Below, one piece after another: positions 48,970 to 62,999 of a stretch of DNA of 64,000 bases (its first letter is position 1; each line of letters begins with the position of its first letter). Source of the stretch: the human T2T-CHM13v2.0 reference genome, Homo sapiens. The notes under the pieces were generated by a model, which was given only the letters and a program-made list of their open reading frames with translations, was not told the origin of the DNA and did no database searches. Where the stretch lies: assembly GCF_009914755.1 (NCBI RefSeq), contig NC_060947.1. One strand, given 5' to 3'. The position numbers were made by a program, and so were the translations under genes.

Positions 48970-49165
48970 AGTGGACCACCATATATAGTTGTGCATGCTG
49001 TGCACTGCACAACTCCACAGGGCACCACTACCATAACAGGCATCATATATTTATAAATTTATTATAATTTTCAAGCAGGTGGGAATAAAGTTCCTTGAGG
49101 AAGGAGTGTATTTCCAAATTCACACACACATACACACAGACACACAAAGCACCATATGAGCTAGC
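48970..49165. mobile_element. MER91-like hAT relic
   Basis: ccatatatagttgtgcatgctgtgcactgcacaac resembles the MER91 terminus. Confidence 0.55.
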
Positions 49166-49479
49166 TAATATGATAAAGAAGTAAACAAGACAGGTAGAAA
49201 TTTGTATAGTCAGGTGGCATGAGTCCCAGTTGCATTAGAATGAGGATAGCAGAGTAACGTTCTGAAACTGGCTCCACAGAGCAAGAGGATAACAAGCAAT
49301 TGATTTTATAAGAATACTACGGGAAAGTAGCAGTAAGTCAGTTATTACTTCTGCTCCCACAAGATCATATTTCCTTTAAATCAAATCATTCCCATATACA
49401 ATAAAGTTAAAGCTAGACCAAGGCAAATGAGTAGATACTAGTATTTGACGTTTGTTATAGAATTCCAAAGAAAATATAT

Positions 49480-49660
49480 GTAAACTTTCTAATTCACACA
49501 ACAACCTACATCATATTACATGGTAATTTCTAATTACTTTTATTTTACATGTGACAAAACTGAGGCTTAGCATTAAATGACTTGATTACAATCACACAAT
49601 TAGAAAATGGTGATGCCATGATTTAAATATAGATATTTCTGTCTCTTTCTACTCTGCTAA
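49480..49660 (-). mobile_element. MIR fragment
   Basis: attttacatgtgacaaaactgaggcttag...aaatgacttg. Confidence 0.65.
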
Positions 49661-51764
49661 GATTCTTCCCACGCAGAGATGATGTGTAATAAGTGCCTCC
49701 TAACCCACTCTATGTTATCATTATCCAGTGCCTTTACACTGGATGCCTACAGCCACACTAGTGGTGCCCCAGTATACCCAGTTAGTCTGCCATGTTGCTA
49801 TCCTCCTCCCTCATCTGTGCTTGACCCTTAGAGCTCTTGTCTTTAGGTGGGCAATCTTTAGTACATTACCCCCTCTCCCAAAGAAACATATAACTAAGTT
49901 CAAGTGCATGCCTCCTCAGGTACTACACTAAACTGGAGAGATGTCTAGTAAGCAGTTAGAGACATCCTTTCATTTGCACAACACAGATGGTTGTGTCTAC
50001 TCATAATACTGGCTTTGGATACCATGGCTCTGAAACAACTGCAGACAGCAACCTAGAGCATGTTCAAAAAGTCATCACGCTTTACAAACCCTAGACTTGT
50101 GGTATAAGATAGGCCACACTGGTGCCAAAACTATCTCCTATTATGGGGGAAGATACCTCTGCAAACACTCATATTCTCTCCTATACACTATACATGTGCA
50201 TGTACATTCATGTACACACACATATTAGGGAACAGCACTGGCCTTCCTGAAGTGCCAAGTCCTAAGCAGCCAGCTGCTTACAGGAAACAGGTTGTATTTG
50301 GGAACTGACCAAGATGCCTAGGTTCTAGACCACACATACATACTTTTATAATATTAATTACAGCATATATGAAAATAAATATTAATGATAAGCTTGGCAT
50401 TCCATATCATCTAATTATTTTCTCTTCTTTATAAGACCTGGATTTTCCCCCATTTGTAGTTGACTCCATTACTTCCAAACAGAAAGAGTTAAATTGAATT
50501 CAGTAAAATAGAGTAAGCCTCTATCCTTACTAGTAACATCTAGGTTGAAAAAAATCTACACTAAATATGACTGAACATTTTATTTTTCAACCCAGGTTTC
50601 TAACTCTTGTAGAAAATAAAGAGTCACAAAATTTAGCTACCACTAAAACCATATTTTGGATCTTTGTTCTGTTTCTCCAAGTGACTAATTTCCTGTAGGC
50701 ATTTTTAAAAGCCTGAACATGATAATTGTTAACAAAGTACTTTGACATTATATGTAATTGTGCATTGGTGATAATTACGTATTCACGAGGAATGCCAAAA
50801 AAAAGAAACATATTTTGGGATTATCCAGATAATTCCAAACCACAAAACTGCTAGCTACCAATTTCTAGATGTGCTGAGCGAACAGTATTTGTAGTCCCAA
50901 ACTTTCACTAATTGACACAATCCATCACTTCATTCTTAGTTGAAAGAAGGGATTTTTCCATTTTCTCGTGGAAAAAAAAACCATTCTTTCAAAGATGAGT
51001 TTTCTTACCAAATGATTACATGTATGGATCAAAGAGGTGGTTTGGTTTTATCAAAAAAAATCACTGCTTGATATAGGAATATGTATCCTAGCCTGTTCCA
51101 GTTCTCTTTTTCCAAAAGAAAGACCCTCTTTCTCAGCCAGGAAGATAGGCCTTATATTTACCTAATAAATACTTAAAGACAATAAAAGCTGGATTTTCCT
51201 GGATATTGCTTGTTAGCCTATGGTGGATCCAAATAATGAGTTCTATGCGAAAGAACTTCTGGGTATTTTTAAAAATTGAGGAAAATAAAAGGTCTATAAG
51301 CAAAGCAAGATTTATATTCTGTGTCAAACGTATGTGTGTTCAGCATCCAGGGTAAGTTACAACTAGCCTCAACCCCTCGGTGCCTGTCCCCATGGACATG
51401 TGTAACTGCTCCATGCTCACCTGCAGACAAAACAGGTCTGAGAAGAGGAGGAGAAAAGGGTTATACTGCTGCTAACCACCCACATAGACTGTGTGTATTT
51501 TCATTTCATGTCTCTTTTTAGCACCTGGTAGTGTTTCTCTTCAATTCAATGTGCACCAGCAAAAAAGTCTTATGAGGATACACCATCAACCATTTTGTTA
51601 CATACTACTGATGATTCTGACTGCATTTAAGCCACAGTCATTTCTTTGTTCAGAGCTGAAGGAAAGGGTATTTATATATAAGCTGTTCTTGGTCCTAAAA
51701 AACCTGATTTCCATATTAATGAATGACCCAATTTACAGTTCAACAAAAATGGCTTATCCTTGCC

Positions 51765-52173
51765 TATATATACATAATATATAATATATAATAATATATT
51801 ATATATATAACATGTTATATATGTATATTATATACATATACATATAATATATAAATATATTTATATATTATATATACAATATACATATATGTATATAATA
51901 TATAATATATACGTATATAATATATATAATATATAATATATAATATATATTATATAATATATATAATATATGTATATAATATATAATATACATATTAGTA
52001 TATAATATACATAAAATATACATATAATATATAATATACATATATGTATATTATATACATATTAGTATATAATATATAATATACATATATGTATATTATA
52101 TACATATTAGTATATAATATATAATATATACATAATATATAATATATACATAACATATAATATATTATATAGT
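51765..52173. repeat. ~400-bp TA-rich degenerate tandem array
   Basis: (tataata)n with higher-order unit catatatgtatattatatacatattagtatataat; short continuation at 52317-52357. Confidence 0.92.
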
Positions 52174-52315
52174 ACTTTCAGGTACTCCTACCTCCCTAGC
52201 ATTAATATTAACATATCCTAGCCCTAATACCTCCATACTCACTGAGCTCTGGTCGCACTGGCCTTCGCTCTGTTTTAACACACACTGAGCATTTCCTGCT
52301 TCATGCCCATTGCAT
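52174..52315 (+). repeat. Direct-repeat copy 1 (142 bp) of 53927-54070
   Basis: End-to-end alignment from actttca(g/a)gtactcctacctccctag to catgcccattgcat. Confidence 0.95.
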
Positions 52316-52499
52316 GAATATTATTATAATATATATTATATATATAATAGATATATTTCAACAAAGAGGCTGATTCAAGAATGCCTGACTCCCCACCATG
52401 ACCTGGTTTAGAATACAAATGAGGAACAGACTCCTGGATTGGAAGAAAAAAGACATTTGAGATTCTCTTTGTTTCTCTCTCACTTCCTGTCTTATTAAT

Positions 52500-52730
52500 C
52501 ATACACACACACATACACATACTTTCTCACATGCAAACACCACAAACTCTCACACTTACATTTGCACACACACCCAGACTTGCTCACACATGCACGTAAA
52601 TACCACAGACTCTTCCACCTGCACACGAACTTGCTCATACTCACCATAAGTACCATATACTCTTGCACTCACACTCATTTACAGTCATGAACGAACATCA
52701 CTCAATCACACACTGGCACACAACTCAGAG
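52500..52730. repeat. CA-rich low-complexity tract
   Basis: Degenerate cacacac runs. Confidence 0.6.
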
Positions 52731-53289
52731 TGTATTTCATATTTTCTACAAAATTCAGCATGATTTTTGCAACTACGTTTTCCTCTCTGATTTGATTCTT
52801 TCACTGTACTCCTAGAATCTTCACTGGTTCCTTGCACTTACAGATATACATCACTACTGGTGACCCTCTTCATCCCTGTCTCTGGGGCCAAATTTATAAA
52901 CCATGGGCTGACCGCCAGGGCTTTAGGTCTAATGGAAAGACATGGAAAGTTGCTTTCTTTCCTTACCCCTTTTCCAGGTAAAAATTCACATCAAGACCTA
53001 GGGACAGTGAATTTAAATCACTTATCACTTTTGAATTAAATCAATGTTTTCAAATACATATTGGCCACCAAGCAGGTGCTGATTTCAGTTCACAGGGGGA
53101 TGAATGAAAAACTGACAACCTTGAACATTTTGTGCATGATGATTTTGTAAAGTGCTATTTTAAAATTTTTTAGTTGTCCTTTTTATTTATATTCTATTTT
53201 CTATCTCCTCTACTAGAATGTATGTTCCAAGAAAATAGGAATTTATCTGTCTGATTTTGTCAAGTGGGTCTTTAAATTCAATAGTGATC

Positions 53290-53445
53290 ATATAAGAATA
53301 AGAATAGCTAATTTTGTGATAGACACTATGAATAGCTATACATGCATTATCTTATTTTAGGCTCACATTAATTATTTGATATAGTTGCTGTAAGTCTCTT
53401 TATCTTAGAAATGAGGAAATGGAGGTTCAAATAAGTTTAGTAATG
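53290..53445 (-). mobile_element. MIR fragment
   Basis: aatagctaatt...agaaatgaggaaatggaggttca. Confidence 0.6.
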
Positions 53446-53470
53446 TAGGGGGAAGAAGGTTTTGGCTTAC

Positions 53471-53586
53471 CTCCTAACTCTTCTCTGCACGGCCTTTCTT
53501 GCTCATCAACCCTTCACAAGAATTGCTATTTTGATTGGTCAGTATGCATGACACTATGTGAGCGACATTTCTCGTAGGTGAGATAA
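53471..53586 (-). other. Candidate 116-nt non-coding exon
   Basis: Minus strand acceptor ccctttttatacag and donor GAG|gtaagc; stops in all three frames; motif evidence only. Confidence 0.3.
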
Positions 53587-53926
53587 CTGTATAAAAAGGG
53601 CCCATGTGTATTCTAATACTCCTTGGCAATGGTAAACTAGTCAAGATCCCTTCAAAACCTTTTTAGGTTTATTTCTTCTGCCTTCCTCACATGCATCATC
53701 ATCCCAAGTTCCCTTATAATGGCTTGCCATAGTCTATAAGATTCCCAGAGTTAGATTTGAGTTTCCAGAGAGGCAGAGGCTCTCTTTGGGCTACATTGTA
53801 AACTTTAACCCAGCTTTCTTTGTGACTACTTGTGTATTATCAGGCACTAGCCCAACAAAATATAATCTTGCCTCTTGTTTCTCACAGAAAAGGGATCTGT
53901 GTCAAAAGTTGCTTATAGTCAAAGCA

Positions 53927-54070
53927 ACTTTCAAGTACTCCTACCTCCCTAGTGTTAATATTAACATATCCTAGCCCTAATACCTCCATCCTTACTGAGC
54001 TCTGGTTGCATTGGCCTTCTCTCTGGTTTTAACACACACTGAGCATTTTCTTGCCTCATGCCCATTGCAT
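53927..54070 (+). repeat. Direct-repeat copy 2 (144 bp), continuous with an L2-like relic
   Basis: Matches 52174-52315; L2-like sequence continues to 54196 and resumes after the L1 at ~61085-61310. Confidence 0.9.
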
Positions 54071-57000
54071 ACCTCATTTTCTCCATCTGTCATGCTCTTT
54101 AGTACACCTCCATCTTTCCATTATGAGATTCATCTCATCCTTCGAATATCAAACTAAATGTCTGTGTACATAAAGTTATTTCCTTCACTACCTCTGCCCA
54201 TTATTCCTTTTTTTCATTTATTATTTTTTTTTTACAGTTTAAGTTCTGGGATACATATGCAGAACATGCAGGTTTGTTACATAGGTACACATGTGCCATG
54301 GTGGTTTCCTGCACCCATCAACCAGTCATCTACATTAAGTATTTTTCCTAATGCTATCCTTCCACTTGCCCTCCACCCCCTAAAAGGCCCCGGTGTGTGA
54401 TGTTCCCCTCCCTGTACCCATATGTTCTCATTGTTCAACTCCCAGTTATGAGTGAGAACACGTGGTGTTTGGTTTTCTGTTTCTGTGTTAGTTTGCTGAA
54501 AATGATGGTTTCCAGTTTCATCCATGTCCCCGCAAAGACATGAAATCATTCTTTTTTATGGCTGCGTAGTACTCCATGGTGTATATGTGCCACACTTTCT
54601 TTATCCAGTCTATCATTGATGGGCATTTGAGTTGGTTCCAAGTCTTTGCTATTGTGAATAGTGCTGCAAGAAACATATGTGTGCATATGTGTTTATAGTA
54701 GAATGATTTATAATCCTTTGGGTATATACCCAGTAATGGGATTTCTGGGTCAAATGCTATTTCTGGTTCTAGATTCTTGAGGAATCACCACACTGTCTTC
54801 CACAATGGTTGAACTAATTTACTCTCCCACCAACAGTGTAAAAGTGTTCCTATCTCCCCACATCCTCTCCAGCATCTGTTGTTTCCTGACTTTTTACTGA
54901 TCACCATTCTAACTGGCATGAGATGGTATCTCATTGTGGTTTTGATTTCCATTTCTCTAATGACCAGTGATGATTAGCTTTTTTTCATATGTTTCTCAGC
55001 CACATAAATGTCTTCTTTTGAGAAGTGTCTGTTCATGTCCTTCACCCACTTTTTGATGGGGTTGTTTTCTTCTTGTAAATTTATTTAAGTTCCTTGTAGA
55101 CTGTGGATATTAGCCCTTTGTCAGATGGATAGATTGCCAAAATTTTCTCCCATTCTGTAGGTTTCCTGTTCATGCTGATGATAGTTTCTTTTGCTGTGCA
55201 GAAGCTCTTTAGTTTAATTAGATCCCATTGGTCAATTTTGGCTTTTGTTGCAATTGTTTTTGGTGTTTTACTCATGAAGTCTTTTCCCATGCCTATGTCC
55301 TGAATGTTATTGCCTAGGTTTTCTTCTTGGGTTTTCATGGTTTTAGATATTACATTTAAGTCGTTAATCCATCTTGAGTTAATTTTTGTATAAGGTGCAA
55401 GGAAGGGGTCCAGTTTCAGTTTTCTGCATATGGCTAGCCTGTTTCCCAACAGCATTTATTATAAAGGGAATCCTTTCCCCATTGCTTGTTTTTGTCAGGT
55501 TTGTCAAAGATCAGATGGTTGTAGATGTGTGGTGTTATTTCTGCAGCCTCTGTTCTGTTCCATCGGTCTATGTAACTGTTTTGGTACCAGTACCATGCTG
55601 TTTTGGTTACGATAGCCTTGTAGTACAGTTTGAAGTCAGGTAGCATGATGCCTCCAGCTTTGTTTTTTTTGCTTAGGATTATCTCGGCTATATGGGCTCT
55701 TTTTGGTTCCATATGAAATTTACAGTTTTTTTCCAATTCTGTGAAGAAAGTCAATAGGCGCTTGATGGGGAGAGCATTGAATCTATAAATTCCTTGACGG
55801 GGATAGCATTGCATCTATAAATTACTTTAGGCAGTATGTCCATTTTCACAATATGGATTCTTCCTATCTATGAGCATGGAATGTTTTTCCATTTGTTTGT
55901 GTCCTCTCTTACTTCCTTGAGCAGAGTTTGTAGTTCTCCTTGAAGAGGTCCTTCACATCCCTTGTAAATTGTATCCTTAGGTATTTTATTCTCTTTGTAT
56001 CAATTGTGAATGGGAGTTCATTCTTGCTTTGGCTCTGTTTGTCTATTATTGGTGTATAGGAATGCTTGTGATTTTTGCACATTGATTTTGTATCCTGAGA
56101 CTTTGCTGAAGTTGCTTATCCACTTAAGGAGTTTGGGAGCTGAGACGATTGGATTTTCTAAATATACAATCATGTCATCTGCAAACAAAGACAATTTGAC
56201 GTCCTCTCTTCCTATTTGAATACTCTTTATTTCTTTCTCTTGCCTGATTGCCCTGGCCAGAACTTCCAATACTAAGTTAAATAGGAGTGGTGAGAGAGGG
56301 CATCCTTGTCTTGTGCCGGTTTTCAAAGGGAATGCTTCCAGCTTTTGCCCATTCAGCATGATATTGGTTGTGGGTTTGTTACAAATAGCTCTTATTATTT
56401 TGTGATATATTCCATCAGTACCTAGTATATTGAGAATTTTTAGCAAGAAGGGGTGTTGAATTTTTTATGGGCTTTTCTGCATCTATTGAGATAATCATGT
56501 GGTTTTTGTCATCTGTTCTGTTTATGTGATGGATTACATTTATTGATTTGCATGGGTTCAACGAGCCTTACATCCCAGGGATGAAGCCGAGTTGATCATG
56601 GTGGATAAGCTTTTTAATGTGCTGCTGGATTCACTTTGCCAGTGTTTTAGTGAGGATTTTCGCATCAATGGTAATCATGGATATTGGCCTGAAATTTTCT
56701 TTTTTTGTTGTATGCCTGCCAGGTTTTGGTATCAGGATGATGCTGGCCTCATAAAATGAGTTAGAGAGGAGTCCCTCTTTTTCTTTTGTTTGGAATCGTT
56801 TCAGAAGGAGTGGTACCAGCTCCTCTTTTTACGTCTGGTAGAATTTGGCTGTGAATCCGTCTGGTACTGAGCTTTTTTTCGTTGGTAGGCTGTTAATTAC
56901 TGCCTCAATATCAAAACTTGTTATTCGTCTATTCAGGGATTCGACTTCTTCCTGGTTTAGTCTTGGGAGGGTGTATGCATCCAGGAATGTATCCATTTCT

Positions 57001-57896
57001 TCTAGATTTTCTAGTTTATTTGCATATATGTGTTTATAGTATTCTCTGATGGTAGTTTGTATTTCTATGGATCAGTGGTGATATCCCCTTTATCATTTTT
57101 TATTGTGTCTATTTGATTCTTCTCTCTTTTCTTTGTTGTTAGTCTGACTAGCAGTCCATCTAATTTGTTAATCTTTTCAAAAAAACGGCTCCTGGATTCA
57201 TTGATTTTTTTTAAGGGTTTTTCATGTCTCTATCTCTGTCAGTTCTGCTCTGATCCCAGTTATTTCTTGTCTTTTGCTAGCTTTTGAATTTGTTTGCTCT
57301 TGCTCCTCCAGTTCTTTTCATTGTGATGTTAGGGTGTCGATTTTAGATCTTTCCTGCTTTCTCTTGTGGGCATTTAATGCTATACATTTCCCTCTAAACA
57401 CTGCTTTAAATGTGTCCCAGAGATCCTGGTACTTTGTGTCTTTGTTCTCATTTGTTTCAAAGAACATCTTTATTTCTGCCTTCATTTCGTTATTTACCCA
57501 GTAGTCATTCAGGAGCAGGTTGTTCCGTTTCCACGTAGTTGTGTGGTTTTGAGTGAGTTTCTTAATCCTGAGTTCTAATTTGATGGCACTATGGTCTCAG
57601 AGACTGTTTGTTATGATTTCCATTCTTTTGAATTTGCTGAGGAGTGTTTTACTTCCAATTATTTGATCACTTTTAGAATAAGTGCAATTTGGTGCTGAGA
57701 AGAATGTATATTCTGTTGATTTCAGGTAGAGAGTTCTCTAGATGTCTATTAGGTCTGCTTGGTCCAAAGCTGAGTTCAAGTCCTGAATATCCTTGTTAAT
57801 TTTGTGTCTCATTGATCTATCTAATATTGACAGTGGGGTGTTAAAGTCTCCTACCATTATTGTGTGGAATTCTAAGAATAAAAATTTTTGTGTGGG

Positions 57897-58299
<403 letters not shown>

Positions 58300-61050
58300 T
58301 TATTGCATCGATCCATTTATCTTTATGTAATGCCCTTAATTGTCTTTTTTGGTCTTTGTTGGTTTAAAGTCTGTTTTATCAGAGATTAGGATTGCAACAC
58401 CTGCTTGCTTTTTTTATTTATTTATTTATTTATTTTTTGCTTTCCATTTGCTTGGTAAATCTTCCTGCATCCCTTTATTTTGAGCCTATGTGTGTCTTTG
58501 CACATGAGATGGGTCTCCTGAATACAGCACACCAATGGGTCTTGACTCTTTTTCCAATTTGCCAGTCTGTCTTTTAATTGGGGGCAGTTAGCCCATTTAC
58601 ATTTAAGGTTAATATTGTTATGTGTAAATTTGATCCTTTCATTATGATGCTAGCTGGTTATTTTGCCCATTAGTTGATGCAGTTTCTTCATAGTGTTGAT
58701 GGTCTTTATGTTTTGGTATACTTTTGCACTGGCTGGTAGTGGTTTTTCCTTTCCATATTTAGTGCTTCCTTCAGGAACTCTTGCAAGGCAGGTGGCAAAA
58801 TCCCTCAGCATTTGCTTGTCTCTAAATGATTTTATTTCTCCTTCACTTATGAAGCTTAGTTTAGCTGGATATAAAATTCTGGGTTGAAAATTCTTTTCTT
58901 TAAGAATGTTGAATATTTCCCCCACTCTCTTCTGGCTTGTAGGGTTTCTGCAGAGAGAGCCACTGTTAGTCTGATGGGCTTCTCTTTGTGGGTAACCCGA
59001 ACTTTCTCTCTGGCTGCCCTTAATATTTTTTCCTTCATTTCAACATTGGTGAATCTGAAGATTATGTGTCTTGGGGTTGCTCTTCTCGAGGAGTATCTTT
59101 GTGGTGTTCTCTGTATTTTCCAAATTTGAATGTTGGCCTGTCTTGCTAGGTTGGGTAAGTTCTCCTGGATAATATCCTGAAGAGTGTTTTCCAACTTGGT
59201 TCCATTCTCCCCATCACTTTCAGGTACACCAATCAAATGTAGGTTTGGTCTTTTCACAGAGTCCCATATTTCTTGGAGGCTTTGTTCATTCCTTTTCTTT
59301 TTTTCTCTAATGTTGTCTACATGCTTTATTTCATTAAGTTGATCTTCGATCTCTGATATACTTTTTTTCTGCTTGATCGATTCGACTATTGATACTTGTG
59401 TATGCTTCATGAAGTCCTTGTGCTGTGTTTTTCAGCCCCATCAGGTCATTTATGTTTTTCTCTAAACTGGTTATTCTAGCTAGCAGTTCCTGTAACCTTT
59501 TATCAAGGTTCTTAGCTTCCTTGAACTGGGTTAGAACATGCTCCTTTAGCTTGCAGGAGTTGATTATTACCCACTTTCTGAAGCCTACTTCTGTCAATTC
59601 ATCAAACTCCTTCTCCATCCAGTTTTGTTCCCTTGCTGGCGAGAAGTTGTGATCCTTTGGAGGAGAGGAGGCATTCTGGTTTTTTGGAATTTTCAGCCTT
59701 TTTGCACTGGTCTTTCCTCATCTTCATGGATTTATCTAACTTTGGTCTTTGATGTTGGTGACCTTAGGATGGATTTTTTGTGTGGAAGTCCTTTTTGTTG
59801 ATGTTGATGCTATTGCTTTCTGTTTGTTAGTTTTCCTTTTAATAGTCAGGCCCCTCTTCTGCAGATCTGCTGGAGTTTGCTGGAGGTCGACTCCAGACCC
59901 TGTTTGCTTGGGTATTACCAGCAGAGGCTGCAGAACAACAAAGATTGCTGCCTGCTTCTTCCTCTGGAAGCTTCATCCCAGAGTGGCACCCGCCAGATGC
60001 CAGCCAGAGCTCTCCTGTATGAGGTGTCTGTCGATCCCTGCTGGGAAGTGTTTCCCAGTCAGGAGGTACAGGGATCAGGGGCCAACTTGAGGAGGCAGTC
60101 TGTCCCTTAACAGAGCTCGAGTGCTATACTGGGAGATCCACTGCTGTCTTCAGAGCTGGCAGTCAGGAACATTTAAGTCTGCTGAAGCTGCTCCCACAGC
60201 TGCCCCTTCCCCCAGGTGCTCTGTCCCAGGGAGATGGGAGTTTTATCTATAAGCCCCTGACCAGGGCTGCTGCCTTTCTTTCAGAGATGCCCTGCCTAGA
60301 GAGGAGGAATCTAGAGAGGCAGTCTGGCTACAGTGGCTTTGTGGCACTACAGTGGGCTCCGCCCAATTCAAACTTTCTGGAAGCTTTATTTACACTGTGA
60401 GGGGGAAACCGCCTACTCAAGCCTCGGTAATGGCGGACGTCCCTCGAGCCACCAAGCTCAAGCATCCCAGGTCGACTTCAGACTGCTATGCTGGTGGCAA
60501 GAATGTGAAGCCAGTGGATCTCACCTTGTTGGGCTCCATGGGGGTTGGGATCCACTGAGCAGGACCACTCGGCTCCCTGGCTTCAGCCCCCTTTCCAGGG
60601 GCTTGAACGGTTCTGTCTCACTGGTGTTCCAGACCCCACTGGGGGGGGGGGGAAACTCCTGTAGCTAGCTACAACCTGATGTCTACCCAAATGGCTGCCC
60701 AGTTTTGTGCTTGAAACCCAGGGCCCTAGTGGTATAGGCACCCAAGGGAATCTCCTGGTCTTCAGGTTGTGAAGACCATGGGAAAAGCATAGTTTCTAGG
60801 CTGTATAGCACCATCCCTCATGGCACAGTCCCTCACGGCTTCCCTTGGCTAGGGGAGGGAGTTCCCCTACCCCTTGCGATTCCCAGGTGAGGCGATGCCC
60901 CACCCTGCTTCTGCTGACCCTCTGTGGGCTGCCCCAACTGTCTAAGCGGTCCCAATGAGATGAATCGGGTACCTCAGTGGGAAATGCAGAAATCACCTAC
61001 CTTCTGTGTTGGTCTAGCTGGGAGCTGCAGACAAGAGCTGTTCCTATTCA

Positions 61051-61059
61051 GCCATCTTG
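61051..61059 (-). promoter_or_regulatory. YY1 motif of the L1 internal promoter
   Basis: gccatcttg = CAAGATGGC on the minus strand near the L1 5' end. Confidence 0.7.
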
Positions 61060-61084
61060 CCATTCCCCTCCCCATTATTCTTTT

Positions 61085-61312
61085 CCAGCCCCTTGTTTGT
61101 TGCCTTTACAACACTTCTAATTTTAAATTTTTTTATTGTCCTTGTTACATATATGCTACTTTCTATTTCATCTACTAGAATGTATGCTCCCAGAAAATTG
61201 GAATTTATCTGTCTTGTTTGCCATGGTATCCCAAGCACCTAGTATAGCACATGGTGCATAGTGAATAGTCAACAAATATAAAAATTATTGATCAAATTAA
61301 TTGAGTGAATGA
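61085..61312 (+). mobile_element. L2 3' end
   Basis: ctactagaatgtatgctcc...gtatcccaagcacctagtatagcacatggtgcatag...gagtgaatgaa. Confidence 0.8.
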
Positions 61313-61624
61313 ACACATAACTTGCTACAGTCACATACATAAAAAATGGCAGAGATAGGACTGAAACTCAGGTTTTTCTGACTCCAGAGCTTTCAGAAAG
61401 TTTACATGCAGAGGAACTAATATATGTTGAATACCTATCATTTGCCAAGCCTTCTGAAAGACCCCAATGCAAACAGATGACAAGGGACCCTGCTATCGAA
61501 GAGCTTAATCTATTGCAAAAGACAGACAAGTAAATTATTCATCCATCAATCCAATAAATATTTATTCAGTGCCTACTCACTGCCAAACACAAGAGACTTG
61601 AAAAAAAGAAAGAATACTGGCCCA

Positions 61625-61830
61625 CAGAGATTTCATTTTCTATCATGGTGGTTCTCTCTCAGCAATGCACATCAAATTTACCTATGGAATTTTTTGAAAT
61701 GTTTATGGCTAGGCTGTATCTTTCCTTCCCCCAAAGGTTATGATTCTATGAGTTCAGGCTGGGCATCTGCGTTTGTTTAAAAGCTGCACAGCTAATTTGA
61801 ATTCACAGGCAGGCTTGCAAATCACTGGTC
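61625..61830. mobile_element. MER5B-like DNA transposon relic
   Basis: tgcacatcaaatttacctatggaa...tgattct...ggctgggcatctgc...aatcactg. Confidence 0.55.
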
Positions 61831-62108
61831 TAGTGGAACGCAATGTGATAACATACTATTTTAGAAGGATAAACGAAATGTTATGGAAACCAAGAGGACA
61901 AAAAGTGAACATAAAGGAAGTGACACTTGAGCTACTTTATTGAAAAAGAGATTGGTATTAGATGGGAAGGGGGAGAAACATAACATGGAGACAGAAGAAA
62001 CTTCATTTCAACTAATTACTTCAAAGAGAAAATAAGAGTAAAAATATTTATTAGTTTACTTAAAATTCTAAACGTTAGACCCCATAGACCTTAGAAATCA
62101 CCTAAAGC

Positions 62109-62270
62109 AGTAGTTCTCAAACGTTAATGTGCATAAGAATCACATGGAGATCTTTTTAAAATGCAGATTCTGGCTCAGCAAATCTGGGATGGAGCCTGAA
62201 ATTCTGCATTTCTAACATGCTCCCAGAAGATGCAGATGCTGCTCATCTAATTGCACACTTGGAGTAGCAA
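62109..62270. mobile_element. MER5A1-like DNA transposon
   Basis: cagtagttctcaaac...gaatcacatggag...aaaatgcagattctgg...ctgcatttctaacatgctccc. Confidence 0.8.
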
Positions 62271-62999
62271 GATTTTAGGGATGCAGGAAGGAACATTGTC
62301 CTGCCAAGGTAATTATTTAAACAGAGGCATACCAACAGACTATTACAACCCCAAGGCAGATCAAAGATCACATTAATCTGTCGAGAGACCAAGACCCAAT
62401 CTCTTCCTCTGGGAATGGCAGAGTAAAACCAATACCCATGGTAGTTTATAGCTTGTCAGATAATTCAGCAGTGATCACTATTTCTCTAGTTGTTTGCCCT
62501 TGAACAAAAGCTAATCTTACACCTCAAGAGTTTAAGCCCTCACAAACTCACAGCAATATTTTTCTCCTTCAACTTGTTATTAAAAGGGGTGGGCATGACA
62601 GATAAAGAACTACACCTCTGACACTTGATGACAGCAACCTTTCATATGCTTCAAAATTATTCCAACTTGAAGGAGTCCAACCCTAAGCAGCAGAATTTCA
62701 GAAATACTCATTTCCTAATCATTAATCCTGACTGGAAAACAATCTTACCCAGCTATGATATTAAAAAGATATCAAACTGATACAAAGGAGCAACTTTCAG
62801 GGCAACTAAAAATACGCACAGTTAAGGAGTTAAAGCACAAGCGAAGCCATACAATTCTACTTACATCTTCCAAAAAACCACTTAGTGCTGTTTTCCTCAA
62901 TGAAGTGCACATTTGCCAAACAGTAAGTTATTCTACACATTTAAATGTAAATAACCGTATCAAATCCATCAAAGCAGACATCCAGGTTTAACCTGGATT

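Noticed and set aside
50884-50899. gggactacaaatact (minus strand) resembling a ZNF143-associated motif
   Set aside because: Lacks the downstream CCCAG half and has no CpG-island promoter context.
60640-60652. G13 run as a G-quadruplex element
   Set aside because: A single expanded homopolymer within an L1 5'UTR with no evidence of function.
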